Shown here in pieces: positions 52,491 through 62,445 of a DNA stretch of 64,000 nucleotides. Where the stretch lies: NCBI GenBank assembly GCA_044225175.1, contig JBGAJA010000007.1, positions 13,492 to 77,491 of the forward strand, written 5' to 3'. The position numbers were made by a program, and so were the translations under genes. Under the pieces are notes generated by a model, which saw only the letters and a program-made list of their open reading frames with translations, did no database searches and was not told where the DNA came from. Origin of the DNA: Candidatus Omnitrophota bacterium. GTDB taxonomy: Bacteria; Omnitrophota; Gorgyraeia; Zapsychrales; Fredricksoniimonadaceae. Position 1 is the first letter of the stretch; each line of letters starts with the position of its first letter.

Positions 52491-53840
52491 ATGTTCTCAA
52501 AAATTCTAATCGCCAATCGTGGTGAAATTGCCCTTCGTGTCATTCGTGCTTGTAAAGAATTAGGTATTCGAACAGTTGCTGTTTACTCAGAAGCGGATCG
52601 AAATTCTTTGCATGTTCGTTTTGCGGATGAAGCGGTCTGTATCGGAAAAGCCACCAGTAAAGAAAGTTATTTGAATATTCCAGCTATTATTTCTGCTGCT
52701 GAGATTACTGATGTGGAAGCCATTCATCCTGGTTATGGTTTCTTGTCAGAAAATGCTCATTTTGCCGAAATTTGCGAATCCTGTCATATCAAGTTTATTG
52801 GTCCTAAGCCAGACTCCATCCGCAAGATGGGAGATAAGATTGTTGCTAAGGAAACAGTCAAAAAAATAGGCGTTCCTTTAACTCCTGGTGGAGATGGAAT
52901 CATTTCTTCTCAAGAAAAGGCTTTAGAAATTGCTCAGAAAATTAAATATCCTGTCATCATCAAAGCAGCAGCGGGTGGTGGTGGAAAAGGAATGCGTGTT
53001 TGTCATAATGATGTGACATTGATCAACTCTTTTAAAATGGCACAAACAGAAGCGGAAGCTAATTTCGGACGTGCTGATGTGTATATTGAAAAATACATTG
53101 AAGGACCTCGCCATGTGGAATTTCAGATTTTAGCTGATCAACATGGAAATGTTATCCATTTAGGTGAACGTGATTGTTCTCTACAACGAAGACACCAGAA
53201 ATTGCTTGAAGAAGCCCCATCTCCAGCGCTTGATGCTGGTTTGAGAAAGAGAATGGGCGAAGCTGCAGTTAAAGCGGCGAAAGCTGTTAATTACCATGGT
53301 GTGGGAACTATTGAATTTCTTTTGGATGTGAATAATAACTTCTATTTCATGGAAATGAATACCCGTATTCAAGTTGAGCATCCTGTCACCGAAATGGTCA
53401 CTGGAATTGACTTGATTAAAGAACAGATCAAAGTAGCCAATGGTCAGAAGCTTAAGATCAAGCAAGAGGATGTCAAAATTAAAGGACACTCGATCGAATG
53501 TCGTATCAATGCGGAAGATCCTTATAATAATTTTATTCCTTCTCCTGGCAAGATCGAAGAGTTAAACCTGCCAGGGGGACCCGGAGTTAGAATTGACACT
53601 CATATTTATCCTGGATATACTATCAGTCCCTACTACGATTCCATGGTAGCTAAGCTTATCGTCCATGGCAAAGACCGGGAAGAGGCTATACGAATCATGC
53701 GAAGAGCATTAGATGAATTTTATATATCTCCCATTAAAACCACAATTCCATTACATATGGAAATCATGCATCATCCAACCTTTCTCCAAGGAAAAGTCAC
53801 GACCCATTTCTTGGAAAAGATGATGAAAAATGATGGCTAA
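52491..53840 (+). CDS. accC: Biotin carboxylase
   Basis: [24 protein letters not shown]. Confidence 0.97.
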   Translation: MFSKILIANRGEIALRVIRACKELGIRTVAVYSEADRNSLHVRFADEAVCIGKATSKESYLNIPAIISAAEITDVEAIHPGYGFLSENAHFAEICESCHIKFIGPKPDSIRKMGDKIVAKETVKKIGVPLTPGGDGIISSQEKALEIAQKIKYPVIIKAAAGGGGKGMRVCHNDVTLINSFKMAQTEAEANFGRADVYIEKYIEGPRHVEFQILADQHGNVIHLGERDCSLQRRHQKLLEEAPSPALDAGLRKRMGEAAVKAAKAVNYHGVGTIEFLLDVNNNFYFMEMNTRIQVEHPVTEMVTGIDLIKEQIKVANGQKLKIKQEDVKIKGHSIECRINAEDPYNNFIPSPGKIEELNLPGGPGVRIDTHIYPGYTISPYYDSMVAKLIVHGKDREEAIRIMRRALDEFYISPIKTTIPLHMEIMHHPTFLQGKVTTHFLEKMMKNDG

Positions 53841-53853
53841 AAAGGAGTTTCTA

Positions 53854-54228
53854 ATGTCGATCGGAGAAAAAGTTGATTTAGGAAATGTTCAAATTCATAA
53901 GAAAGTCATAGGTGACATTGCTGCAGCATCTTTGCGTGATATTCCTGGTGTCAGCCTTGCCGGATTTGGTATTATTGGTGGTTTTTGTGAGTTATTTGGT
54001 TATAAAAATTTTCCTGGCGTCTATGTGAGAGTTGATCAATCTGGCCAAATTTCTATGGAAATTCGAGTAGAGATTGATTTTGGAGTTAATATTCCACTTG
54101 TAGCCCACGAAATTCAAGATAAAGTTCAAGCGGCAATTGAACAAGCGTTAGATTTAGAACTTAAAGAAATCAATGTCAGCGTTCAATCTGTGACAAGGGC
54201 CATGCCTAATAGCAGGGGAGGTATCTAA
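53854..54228 (+). CDS. Asp23/Gls24 family envelope stress protein
   Basis: G.V.I...VI..IA, IPLVAHEIQ..V; follows accC; SD AAGGAG before ATG 53854. Confidence 0.8.
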   Translation: MSIGEKVDLGNVQIHKKVIGDIAAASLRDIPGVSLAGFGIIGGFCELFGYKNFPGVYVRVDQSGQISMEIRVEIDFGVNIPLVAHEIQDKVQAAIEQALDLELKEINVSVQSVTRAMPNSRGGI

Positions 54229-54827
54229 TGTGGTTGATGACTCGTTTTGCGATCATTTTCTATGTGTGTGTTATTTGGATGACAAGCCTGATTGTTATTC
54301 TTTTTGTCTTACATGGTTTTGAATATCAAACTATTCAACATCTTTTAGCTATGATCTATACAGATCACAATCTTCGGCTTATTGCGGGTTTGATTGCTTT
54401 AGGTTTTATTCTAGTAAGCATTTTATTAGAGAACCTCATATATGGCCGCAGACGTATGGAACGTACGATTGCCTTTGATAATGATTCTGGTGAGGTAACT
54501 GTTTCTTTGGTCGCTTTAGAGGATTTGATTAAGTCTTTAACTTATCAAGTGCCTGAAGTTAAAGAGATTAAACCATTTTTGATGGCTGATAAAAAAGGTA
54601 TTGATGCCCAAATTAAATTGACCTTGCGAAGTCAGGTCAATATTCCTGAATTAACATCCCGATTACAGGATTTGATCAGACGTAAGATTGAAGAGACAAT
54701 TGGTATGGAAGGCAGAGTTAATATTCGCATTCATGTGGCAAAAATGAATTTGGAAGAGACTAAATCTAAAAGGCCAAGTGATTCAGTTAAAGATCCACAA
54801 GTTCCTTTTCATGGGTATAGGGCATAA
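54228..54827 (+). CDS. AmaP-like alkaline shock membrane anchor
   Basis: Two TM helices, GEVTVSLVALEDL, IPEL..LQ; follows asp23. Confidence 0.7.
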   Translation: MWLMTRFAIIFYVCVIWMTSLIVILFVLHGFEYQTIQHLLAMIYTDHNLRLIAGLIALGFILVSILLENLIYGRRRMERTIAFDNDSGEVTVSLVALEDLIKSLTYQVPEVKEIKPFLMADKKGIDAQIKLTLRSQVNIPELTSRLQDLIRRKIEETIGMEGRVNIRIHVAKMNLEETKSKRPSDSVKDPQVPFHGYRA

Positions 54828-54831
54828 ATGA

Positions 54832-54881
54832 GATTAGAAATTAGAGATTTGAAATTAGATATCAAATTTCAAATTTCTAAT
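54832..54881. repeat. AT-rich heptamer-periodic inverted repeat
   Basis: ATTAGAA ATTAGAG ATTTGAA ATTAGAT | ATCAAAT TTCAAAT TTCTAAT; arms 18/20 complementary. Confidence 0.65.
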
Positions 54882-54912
54882 ATCACTGAAATTAGCAAGT
54901 AGAATAAAATAT

Positions 54913-55950
54913 ATGAAGAAAATTGGAATACTTACGGGCGGTGCAGATTGTCCAGGGCTTAATTCAGTCATCCGGGCTGTTGTGCGTAAAGGCATGCAGG
55001 AGGGATTTGTCATTACTGGGATTAAGAATGGCTGGCTTGGTCTTATTGAAAATGACATGCGTGTATTGGATGTCAAATCAACTACAGGAATCTTGGATAA
55101 GGGCGGTACCATTTTAGGAACAAGCCGCGTTAATCCTTTGAATGATGAGGATCAAATTAAGAAAATTAAAGAAAATTATGCCAGAAGCGGTATTGATGCG
55201 TTGATTGTTGTTGGAGGAGAAGAAACTTTAAAGGTAGGATTAGCTTTGCATAAGCGAGGAATTATTCAAGTAGTAGGCGTCCCTAAATCTATTGATAATG
55301 CTCTTTCAGGGACTGATTATGCTTTTGGATTTGATACAGCTGTAAATGTAGCGACCGAATGTATTGATCGTTTACATACAACAGCTGAATCTCATCATCG
55401 TATTATGGTTGTTGAAGTCATGGGTTTATATACCGGTTGGTTAGCTGTTCATGCAGGAATTGCTGGCGGTGCAGATATTATTCTTGTTCCAGAAATTCCA
55501 GTTGATTTAGATGAGGTTTATGAGCTTCTGCGTGAGAGACATAAGCGTGGAAAGCCTTTTAGTATTATTGTAATATCTGAAGGGACGAAATTGGAAGGTT
55601 ACTCCATTCCAAACATGGATCCCAGCTCTTTTATTGTGGAAAAAAGACGATTTGGCTCAGTGGGAGAATTTTTAGCTAAATCTATTGAAGATAACACTGG
55701 TTATGAGACGAGAGTAAGTGTTTTAGGGTATATCTTAAGGGGTGGTTCACCTACGGCTTTTGATCGTGTTTTGGGAACTCGTTTTGGAGTTAAGGCTGTT
55801 GAACTTATTAAAGATAATAAATTAGGTAAGATGGTTTCTTTGCGGGAAAATAAGATTCGTTTTGTAGATATGGAAGAAGCTGTGCGCGAACGTAAGCAGG
55901 TTAATATGGACTTGGTTGATATTGCGAATGTTTTCTCGGCTAAGAACTAA
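54913..55950 (+). CDS. Phosphofructokinase family protein (PfkA-like, atypical motifs)
   Basis: GGTILGTSR, PKSIDN, GFDTA, TAESHHR, RGGSP. Confidence 0.88.
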   Translation: MKKIGILTGGADCPGLNSVIRAVVRKGMQEGFVITGIKNGWLGLIENDMRVLDVKSTTGILDKGGTILGTSRVNPLNDEDQIKKIKENYARSGIDALIVVGGEETLKVGLALHKRGIIQVVGVPKSIDNALSGTDYAFGFDTAVNVATECIDRLHTTAESHHRIMVVEVMGLYTGWLAVHAGIAGGADIILVPEIPVDLDEVYELLRERHKRGKPFSIIVISEGTKLEGYSIPNMDPSSFIVEKRRFGSVGEFLAKSIEDNTGYETRVSVLGYILRGGSPTAFDRVLGTRFGVKAVELIKDNKLGKMVSLRENKIRFVDMEEAVRERKQVNMDLVDIANVFSAKN

Positions 55951-55965
55951 ACATAAGATTTTTCT

Positions 55966-56535
55966 ATGGAAAAACTTGTAGAACAGATTTTTGCCCAATC
56001 TATTGGGGTCAAACAAGAGACCCTTAAAGTCAATCTCCCTAAGATTGTTGAGTCTGCTCAAACAATCATTGATGCCTTAAATAATAATCACAAACTCTTT
56101 TTTTGTGGAAATGGTGGCTCTGCTGCGGATAGTCAGCATATTGCCGCTGAGTTTGTAGGACGTTTTCAAAAAGAACGAAAAGCTTGGCCTGCCATTGCTT
56201 TAACGACAGATACATCGGCTTTAACAGCATTAGGAAATGACTATAGTTTCGACATTGTCTTTTCACGTCAGCTCCAGGCGTTAGGGCAACCAGGAGACGT
56301 GCTAATTGCCATCACAACAAGCGGCAATTCCAAGAATGTTCTAGAGGCTGTTAAAGAAGCGAAAAAGATGGGAATTAAGACTATAGGAGTAACAGGAGGT
56401 ACGGGTGGATCTCTTGTAACTCTTTGTGATATTACACTTATTGCAGCTTCACCAATTACGGCTCGTATACAAGAATCTCATCTGGTAATTTTTCATTCCA
56501 TTTGCGAACTTGTTGAAAATGCTTTAACGAAATAA
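55966..56535 (+). CDS. gmhA: D-sedoheptulose-7-phosphate isomerase
   Basis: GNGGSAADSQH, TSGNS, IQESH. Confidence 0.95.
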   Translation: MEKLVEQIFAQSIGVKQETLKVNLPKIVESAQTIIDALNNNHKLFFCGNGGSAADSQHIAAEFVGRFQKERKAWPAIALTTDTSALTALGNDYSFDIVFSRQLQALGQPGDVLIAITTSGNSKNVLEAVKEAKKMGIKTIGVTGGTGGSLVTLCDITLIAASPITARIQESHLVIFHSICELVENALTK

Positions 56536-56541
56536 ACTTTT

Positions 56542-56571
56542 ACCGGCCTCCCATAGGGATGTCGGTTTTTT
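56542..56571 (+). terminator. Probable rho-independent terminator
   Basis: ACCGGC-C-TCCC-ata-GGGA-T-GTCGGT followed by a T-run. Confidence 0.55.
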
Positions 56572-56578
56572 ATTTATT

Positions 56579-57049
56579 ATGATTTCATTAGAATCCAAAA
56601 TTATTTCTTTGCAATCACTTAAGAAGAAATTAACCTCTTTGCGCCGCTCTGGAAAAACCATTGCCTTTACCAATGGCTGCTTTGATCTGATGCATATTGG
56701 TCATGTCAAATATCTTGAAAAAGCAAAAAAACAAAATCGTATTCTCATTGTTGGATTAAATAGTGACCGCTCAACTAGCCGTCTTAAAGGACCTACCCGT
56801 CCTATTTGTCCCCAAAAATCTAGAGCAGCGGTCTTAGCTGCTTTGGAAAGTGTCGATTTTGTTGTCCTTTTTGATGAAGAAACACCTTATAAGTTAATCC
56901 AAGCCGTCAAACCTGATATTTTAATCAAAGGCGGAGATTATAAAGGTAAAGATGTTGTAGGAAGTGATGTGGCTAAAAAGGTTGAGTTAATTAAGTTTGT
57001 TAAGGGTTTTTCAACTTCGAATATTATAGAAAAAATTAAGAAGTCTTAA
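56579..57049 (+). CDS. rfaE2: D-glycero-beta-D-manno-heptose 1-phosphate adenylyltransferase (HldE C-terminal domain)
   Basis: FTNGCFDLMHIGH, GLNSD, KGGDY, STS. Confidence 0.9.
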   Translation: MISLESKIISLQSLKKKLTSLRRSGKTIAFTNGCFDLMHIGHVKYLEKAKKQNRILIVGLNSDRSTSRLKGPTRPICPQKSRAAVLAALESVDFVVLFDEETPYKLIQAVKPDILIKGGDYKGKDVVGSDVAKKVELIKFVKGFSTSNIIEKIKKS

Positions 57050-57051
57050 AT

Positions 57052-57462
57052 ATGACCAAAAATGATCCTCTTTTTCGCATTTTAGATGCAAACCTTAATA
57101 GGTCTAAGGAGGGATTGAGAGTTTGTGAAGATATTAGTCGGTATATTTGGAATCAAAAAGCTCTAACTAAGCAAATAAAACAAGTCCGTCATGAATTAAG
57201 TAGTACTATGTCCAAGATAAGCATATTGCGGATTTTGGATGCCCGTGCTGTAGAAAGTGATGTGGGCAAGGGAACCATACCTAGTGAGCTTAAAAGAAGT
57301 GATGTGGGGGCTGTTTTTTTAGCAAATGCGCAGCGAGTCAAAGAGTCGTTAAGGGTTTTGGAAGAAATTTCCAAACTCATAAACAGCTCAGTATCCAAGA
57401 ATATTAAATCGTTACGCTATAGGTTTTATGTCATTGAGCAAAAAGCTTTTAAAAAGAGCTAA
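57052..57462 (+). CDS. Stand-alone domain resembling the N-terminus of cyanobacterial-type ThiE
   Basis: RILDANLNRSKEGLRVCED..RVKESLRVLEE. Confidence 0.8.
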   Translation: MTKNDPLFRILDANLNRSKEGLRVCEDISRYIWNQKALTKQIKQVRHELSSTMSKISILRILDARAVESDVGKGTIPSELKRSDVGAVFLANAQRVKESLRVLEEISKLINSSVSKNIKSLRYRFYVIEQKAFKKS

Positions 57463-58057
57463 TTTATACTTAATTTTAGATGCAGAGGTCCTTTCTTATA
57501 AAGATTTGCTAAAGACCTTAAAACCAGCTGTACGTGCAGGAGTTGATATAGTACAATTGCGGAACAAAAAAGGTCATGCAAAAGATATTTTAGAGTTTTC
57601 TAAAGAAGCAAGACGTATTTTATCAAAAAAAGCGCTCTTTATTATGAATGACCGAGTGGATTTGGCGATTTTATCAAAAGCTGATGGGGTTCATTTAGGT
57701 CAACAAGATGTCAGTTATGCTCAAGCTAGAACATTGATGGGATCTCAATCGATTATAGGAGTATCTTGTCAAGATCTAGAACATGCTAAGAAGGCTCAAA
57801 GGCAAGGTGCTAGTTATATAGGATTTGGCTCAGTTTTCAAAACTCAAACAAAGCCAGAGCGTCAACCTATGAAATTGGAACTACTTAAAACTGTTGTTCA
57901 GACTATTAAAATTCCTATTTTTGCTATTGGGGGTATTAATTTAAGTAATTTAGGTAAAGTAAAAGAAGTAGGGGTTAGTCGAATTGCGGTTTGTCGGGAT
58001 ATTTTATTAGCTAAAGATGTAGATAAGAGAGTTAGAGAATTTAAAAGATCATTGTAA
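57428..58057 (+). CDS. thiE: Thiamine-phosphate synthase
   Basis: VQLRNK, NDRVD, GVHLGQQD, AIGGI. Confidence 0.93.
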   Translation: MSLSKKLLKRANLYLILDAEVLSYKDLLKTLKPAVRAGVDIVQLRNKKGHAKDILEFSKEARRILSKKALFIMNDRVDLAILSKADGVHLGQQDVSYAQARTLMGSQSIIGVSCQDLEHAKKAQRQGASYIGFGSVFKTQTKPERQPMKLELLKTVVQTIKIPIFAIGGINLSNLGKVKEVGVSRIAVCRDILLAKDVDKRVREFKRSL

Positions 58058-58074
58058 CAAGGGGTTTGCAGTTT

Positions 58075-58148
58075 GCGGGGGTCATACAGTGGTAGTATGT
58101 TAGCTTCCCAAGCTAACTGCGCGGGTTCGATTCCCGTCCCCCGCTCCA
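58075..58148 (+). tRNA. tRNA-Gly(CCC)
   Basis: Acceptor GCGGGGG/CCCCCGC, anticodon arm TTAGC-TTCCCAA-GCTAA, GGTTCGATT, encoded CCA. Confidence 0.95.
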
Positions 58149-58154
58149 TAAAGG

Positions 58155-58886
58155 ATGAAAATGGTAAATAACCATAAGAATTTTGAAAAGAATATTTTAG
58201 GGGCCTTATTGTTAGCTAGTATTGTGATGATTTCTGGTTGTGCGACAACAGAATATAATCGACTTCCTGAGACCCCTAAAGTGATCGTTCCTCCTAAGGT
58301 TGAGAAACCTCAAGGCATTTATCATAAGGTTCAAAAAGGCCAAACTCTTTGGCAAATTTCCAAAACATATGGATTATCTGTTGAAGAGATCATTTCAGCT
58401 AACAATATTCCCAACGCAGCGGCAATTGAAGTCAATCAGCTTCTTTTAATTCCTGGAGCGAAACAAGTTAAAGATATAGTGATGCCTCCTGCTTCATCAG
58501 CAGCAACGCCCGATCAAAACAAAGATGAGTTTGCTTGGCCGCTTAGGGGGAAAATTATTTCTTATTTTAAAGACCCCAAGGGTGAGGGGGTCAATCGAGG
58601 GATCGATATTGATGCAGCTCAAGGCTCTTCCGTCAAAGCTTCCAGAGAAGGAAGGGTTGTTTTAGCTGATAAAATGAGTGAATATAACCAGACAGTCATG
58701 ATTGATCACGAAGATGGTTATGTTTCTATTTATACCAATAATCGTAAGCTTCTTGTGAGCCCAGGCCAGAGGGTTTATAAGGGAGACGTGATTGCTGAGG
58801 TGGGTGCTACAGCAAATAAGAGTTTTTTACATTTTGAAATTAGAAAAGGGAAGGAAGCAACTAACCCATTATTTTATTTGCCATGA
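58155..58886 (+). CDS. LysM and M23 domain lipoprotein (NlpD-like)
   Basis: Lipobox ISGC, LysM YHKVQKGQTLW, M23-like GIDI..LHFEIR with degenerate metal ligands. Confidence 0.88.
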   Translation: MKMVNNHKNFEKNILGALLLASIVMISGCATTEYNRLPETPKVIVPPKVEKPQGIYHKVQKGQTLWQISKTYGLSVEEIISANNIPNAAAIEVNQLLLIPGAKQVKDIVMPPASSAATPDQNKDEFAWPLRGKIISYFKDPKGEGVNRGIDIDAAQGSSVKASREGRVVLADKMSEYNQTVMIDHEDGYVSIYTNNRKLLVSPGQRVYKGDVIAEVGATANKSFLHFEIRKGKEATNPLFYLP

Positions 58887-60520
58887 ACTTAAATGATCCT
58901 ACATATAGTTTTTTTGGAAGAAGAGAGATTTCTGAGCTTTTAACTAAGCGTGTTTTAGGGCTCAAAGATGGATACCGTCAAAATTTGGCACTTTTAGGCA
59001 GCCGTTATGTAGGAAAAACCTCTATAGTGGAACGATTTATTATGAATTTTGAAGATAAAGACGTGCTTGTTCTTTATCTAAATTTGGAAACCCATGATTT
59101 TAAGCACTTTGTGTTACAGTTTAGCAAAGGGATTTTATATCATTTTCTCAAAAATCAAGGTCAGCCTGTCCAAGAAGATTTAAAATTACTCCTAGAATCA
59201 AGTCGTCCTTTAATTCCTGCAACAACTGCAGGAGTGGAGGCCATGCAGGAATTATTAAAAGAGGGGAAAACAAATGAAGCTTATTTTCAACTTTTGAATT
59301 TGCCTGAAGTCTTTTCACAAGAAACCAAAAAGTCTCTTGTTTTAATCTTAGATGAATTTCAGAATTTAGAAAGTTTCCCTGTGACAAATGTTTTTGTTGA
59401 ATTAGGAAAGCGTATCATGACCCAGAAGAACTGTCTTTATATTACAACCAGTTCCAATGAAGTTCAGGCCCGCGCTATTCTTTCAGAGAAGCTTTCTTTG
59501 CTTTTTGGAAACTTTGAGATTATAGAAGTGTTGCCTTTGGATCTGCCAACAAGCCAAGGATTGTTAGATCACAATCTTCAGGACATTAAAATTGGATTGT
59601 ATTTAAAGAATTTTCTGGCTGATTTTACAGGTGGATACCCCCTTTATATTAATATGCTTTCTCAAGAAATGATTTCGCTCACAGCCCTCCATCGTCAACA
59701 GGAAATCTATGCGCCTATTGTGTCTCAAGCTATTGAAAATCTTGTTTTTAATCCTTGGGGAGTCATTAGCCGTCATTTTGAATTGATTATGAGTGATTTA
59801 CGAAGAGGGAAAACCGGGGGGAATTTGTGCTCTTTGCTCGTTGCTCTTTCTGAAGGCAAGCATCGCATGGCTGATGCGGCACAATATTTAGGTCTTAAGC
59901 TTACCCTTGTGAATCAAAGAATTAATATCTTGCTGGAAGCAGACATTGTTGAGAAGAACGGTAATTACTATCATATCAAAGACAAACTTTTTAAGTATTG
60001 GATCAAGTATGTTTATCAACGCCGCATGAAAACAATTGATTTAGAACCTGGCCGCGGACGCAAGATGTTTAAAGAAGAAATCAATCGTTGTGTTAATGAA
60101 TTCCAGATGGTGGCTCGAAAAGATCTATCATCCAGGATGATGGATCTGCTGCATAAATTTGATGAAGAGTCTTTTGAATTAAGTGGGCGAAGATACAAAT
60201 TATCTTCCTTTAAAGATGTCTCTATGATGAAAATGCGTTTAGGCTCAGGAAATTTCTTAGACGCCTTATTGGCTGATTCTCCAGATGGGCAATGGCTCGT
60301 CGTTCTTAAAAAAGATCCTGTTTTTGAACATGATTTAAATCATTTAGCTGAAGAAATTAAGAAACTTGATTTTAAGCCTGGTCGCTGTGTTCTTGTATGT
60401 TTAAAAGGTCTGGATGAAAGTGCTAAGGTAAGGGCATTACAGGACAAATGGTGGATTTGGAGTGAAGAACAAATTAATACTTTGATGCATCTTTATGATG
60501 AACCCTACTTAACTCGATGA
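58883..60520 (+). CDS. AAA ATPase of the archaeal-ATPase type with probable winged helix
   Basis: Walker A GSRYVGKT, Walker B ILDEFQ, TGGYP. Confidence 0.75.
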   Translation: MNLNDPTYSFFGRREISELLTKRVLGLKDGYRQNLALLGSRYVGKTSIVERFIMNFEDKDVLVLYLNLETHDFKHFVLQFSKGILYHFLKNQGQPVQEDLKLLLESSRPLIPATTAGVEAMQELLKEGKTNEAYFQLLNLPEVFSQETKKSLVLILDEFQNLESFPVTNVFVELGKRIMTQKNCLYITTSSNEVQARAILSEKLSLLFGNFEIIEVLPLDLPTSQGLLDHNLQDIKIGLYLKNFLADFTGGYPLYINMLSQEMISLTALHRQQEIYAPIVSQAIENLVFNPWGVISRHFELIMSDLRRGKTGGNLCSLLVALSEGKHRMADAAQYLGLKLTLVNQRINILLEADIVEKNGNYYHIKDKLFKYWIKYVYQRRMKTIDLEPGRGRKMFKEEINRCVNEFQMVARKDLSSRMMDLLHKFDEESFELSGRRYKLSSFKDVSMMKMRLGSGNFLDALLADSPDGQWLVVLKKDPVFEHDLNHLAEEIKKLDFKPGRCVLVCLKGLDESAKVRALQDKWWIWSEEQINTLMHLYDEPYLTR

Positions 60521-60993
60521 AAATTGGCGTAATTTCTGACACTCATTCTTTACCTATTCCCCGAAAACTGTGGGACGTGTTGTCTCAAGTTGATTTGATT
60601 GTCCATGCAGGGGATGTTTGTGATATTGAGACGCTTAAGAAATTAAAGGCAATCAAAGAGGTCAAGGTTGTTCAAGGTAATATGTGTGATCCTCAACTTA
60701 AGAAGAAACTTCCTTTAAAAGAATATTTTGAGTGTGAGGGGATTCGCATTGGAGTCCATCATGGTCATATTGGGGGAAAGGATGCTTTGAGTAATGCCGC
60801 TGAGCAATTTAAAGGTCAGCCTTTAGATATTATTATTTATGGTCATTCTCATCATGCTTTTAATCAAGAAATTAATCATATTCTTTTTTTTAATCCTGGA
60901 AGTCCCAATGATGTAGTTAAAGCAAAATTCTTTTCTTATGGCGTCATTGAAATTCACAACGGCAAATTTCAAGCCAATATCATTAAATTATAG
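60517..60993 (+). CDS. YfcE-like metallophosphoesterase
   Basis: SDTH, HAGD, GN, GHSH, NPGS. Confidence 0.9.
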   Translation: MKIGVISDTHSLPIPRKLWDVLSQVDLIVHAGDVCDIETLKKLKAIKEVKVVQGNMCDPQLKKKLPLKEYFECEGIRIGVHHGHIGGKDALSNAAEQFKGQPLDIIIYGHSHHAFNQEINHILFFNPGSPNDVVKAKFFSYGVIEIHNGKFQANIIKL

Positions 60994-61041
60994 ATGTAGC
61001 TATTCATTTCTTTGAATCTCACCTAAAATAGCATCCAACTT

Positions 61042-61989
61042 ATGGTCTCTATTTCCTTTCAAACAGCTTTTGTAGCTATTTTTCAAATTTTTTTAATGGG
61101 GGGCGTTGGTTTCTTTCTATTGCGACGAAAGCTGCTTCAAGAAGAGGGTTTGAGAATCCTTTCATGGCTGAGTATTAATGTTACATTTCCGCTTTTTATC
61201 TTTTATCAGATCATCAATAACTTTAATCCGTCCTCTCAACCTTATTGGTGGACATATCCTTTAATTAATTCGGGCTTATGTGTAACGGGTGCGGCGCTAG
61301 CGAGTGTGATAGTTTATATCTTTTCAAAAAAACAGTCTAAAGAGTGGGTTGCCGTAAGTTCTTTGCATAATGCCGGTTATATACCGCTGTTGCTGGTGAC
61401 TATGTTGCCATTTGGAGAAAAGACTGCAGAAGTATATGCCTATATTATTCTTACAATTGTAGGGTTTGATTTATGTTTATGGACCCTTGGAGTGTGGTTT
61501 ATCTCTTCTCACCAAAAGCCAAAGATGAGTTTATCTAACTTTATTAATCCTCCACTGATCAGTATGTTTCTCGCATTTGTGCTTATTTTGGTAGGGGGGA
61601 AGTTTCTATTACCTGAAATTGTGATGAAGCCAATCAAGATTATTGGAGATAGTTCTTTGGCGCTTGCAATGATCACAATCGGGGGCAATTTAGCTTTAAC
61701 GCATTTTAAAAAGATCCAATGGAAGCAAGTTGGAAGTGCTGTTTTGATTAAAATTGTGATCTTGCCTTTATTAGCTTTATTATTTATAAACTTCTTTCAT
61801 ATCTCAAGTCTTTGGGGATTCATACTCATGATTCAAGCTTGCATGCCCACATCTATAACTCTTTCTGTTCTTGGAAGGTATTATGAAAGTCCTAACCAGA
61901 ATTTAATCAACCAAACCATTTTTATAACACATTTACTATGTGGTTTGACAATTCCATTGTTCTTGGCATTGTATGCAAAGGGATTTTAA
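61042..61989 (+). CDS. AEC (auxin efflux carrier) family transporter
   Basis: About 10 TM helices, NAGYIP, NPP, MP motifs. Confidence 0.85.
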   Translation: MVSISFQTAFVAIFQIFLMGGVGFFLLRRKLLQEEGLRILSWLSINVTFPLFIFYQIINNFNPSSQPYWWTYPLINSGLCVTGAALASVIVYIFSKKQSKEWVAVSSLHNAGYIPLLLVTMLPFGEKTAEVYAYIILTIVGFDLCLWTLGVWFISSHQKPKMSLSNFINPPLISMFLAFVLILVGGKFLLPEIVMKPIKIIGDSSLALAMITIGGNLALTHFKKIQWKQVGSAVLIKIVILPLLALLFINFFHISSLWGFILMIQACMPTSITLSVLGRYYESPNQNLINQTIFITHLLCGLTIPLFLALYAKGF

Positions 61990-61992
61990 GAC

Positions 61993-62445
61993 ATGAAGAT
62001 CATTGCAACTAATAAAAAAGCTTACCATAACTATAATTTGCTGGATAAATTTGAGTGTGGTATTGCATTGATTGGTCCTGAAGTTAAGTCTTTACGTAAT
62101 TCTCAAGCGTCATTTACAGATAGTTACGCTCGTTTCGAAAAAGGAGCGCTATATCTTCATAATTTGCATATTACTCCTTACGAACAGGCCAGTTATAACA
62201 ATCAGGACCCCGTTCGCAGTCGTAAACTTCTTCTTCATAAGAAGGAATTGGAGAAGCTAAACGGCATTATGTCTAGAAAAGGGCTTACGTTGGTTCCAAC
62301 TAAGATTTATTTTAATGTTCGTAATTTTGTTAAAGTGGAATTAGCCGTTGGTGAGGGAAAGAACTCGTATGACAAGCGTAAAGACATTAAGAAAGCTGAA
62401 GTGACACGAGAGATTGATCGAGCTATGAAGAACAGGAGAAAATAA
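61993..62445 (+). CDS. smpB: SsrA-binding protein
   Basis: NKKAYHNY, EVKSLR, RKLLLHK, YDKR. Confidence 0.97.
   Translation: MKIIATNKKAYHNYNLLDKFECGIALIGPEVKSLRNSQASFTDSYARFEKGALYLHNLHITPYEQASYNNQDPVRSRKLLLHKKELEKLNGIMSRKGLTLVPTKIYFNVRNFVKVELAVGEGKNSYDKRKDIKKAEVTREIDRAMKNRRK

Noticed and set aside
58075-58148. tRNA-Gly as an integration site of an island
   Set aside because: No integrase nearby and no duplicated tRNA 3' end seen in the window.
57898-58149. Minus-strand 83-aa ORF (MERGTGIEPA..)
   Set aside because: Antisense translation of tRNA-Gly and the end of thiE.
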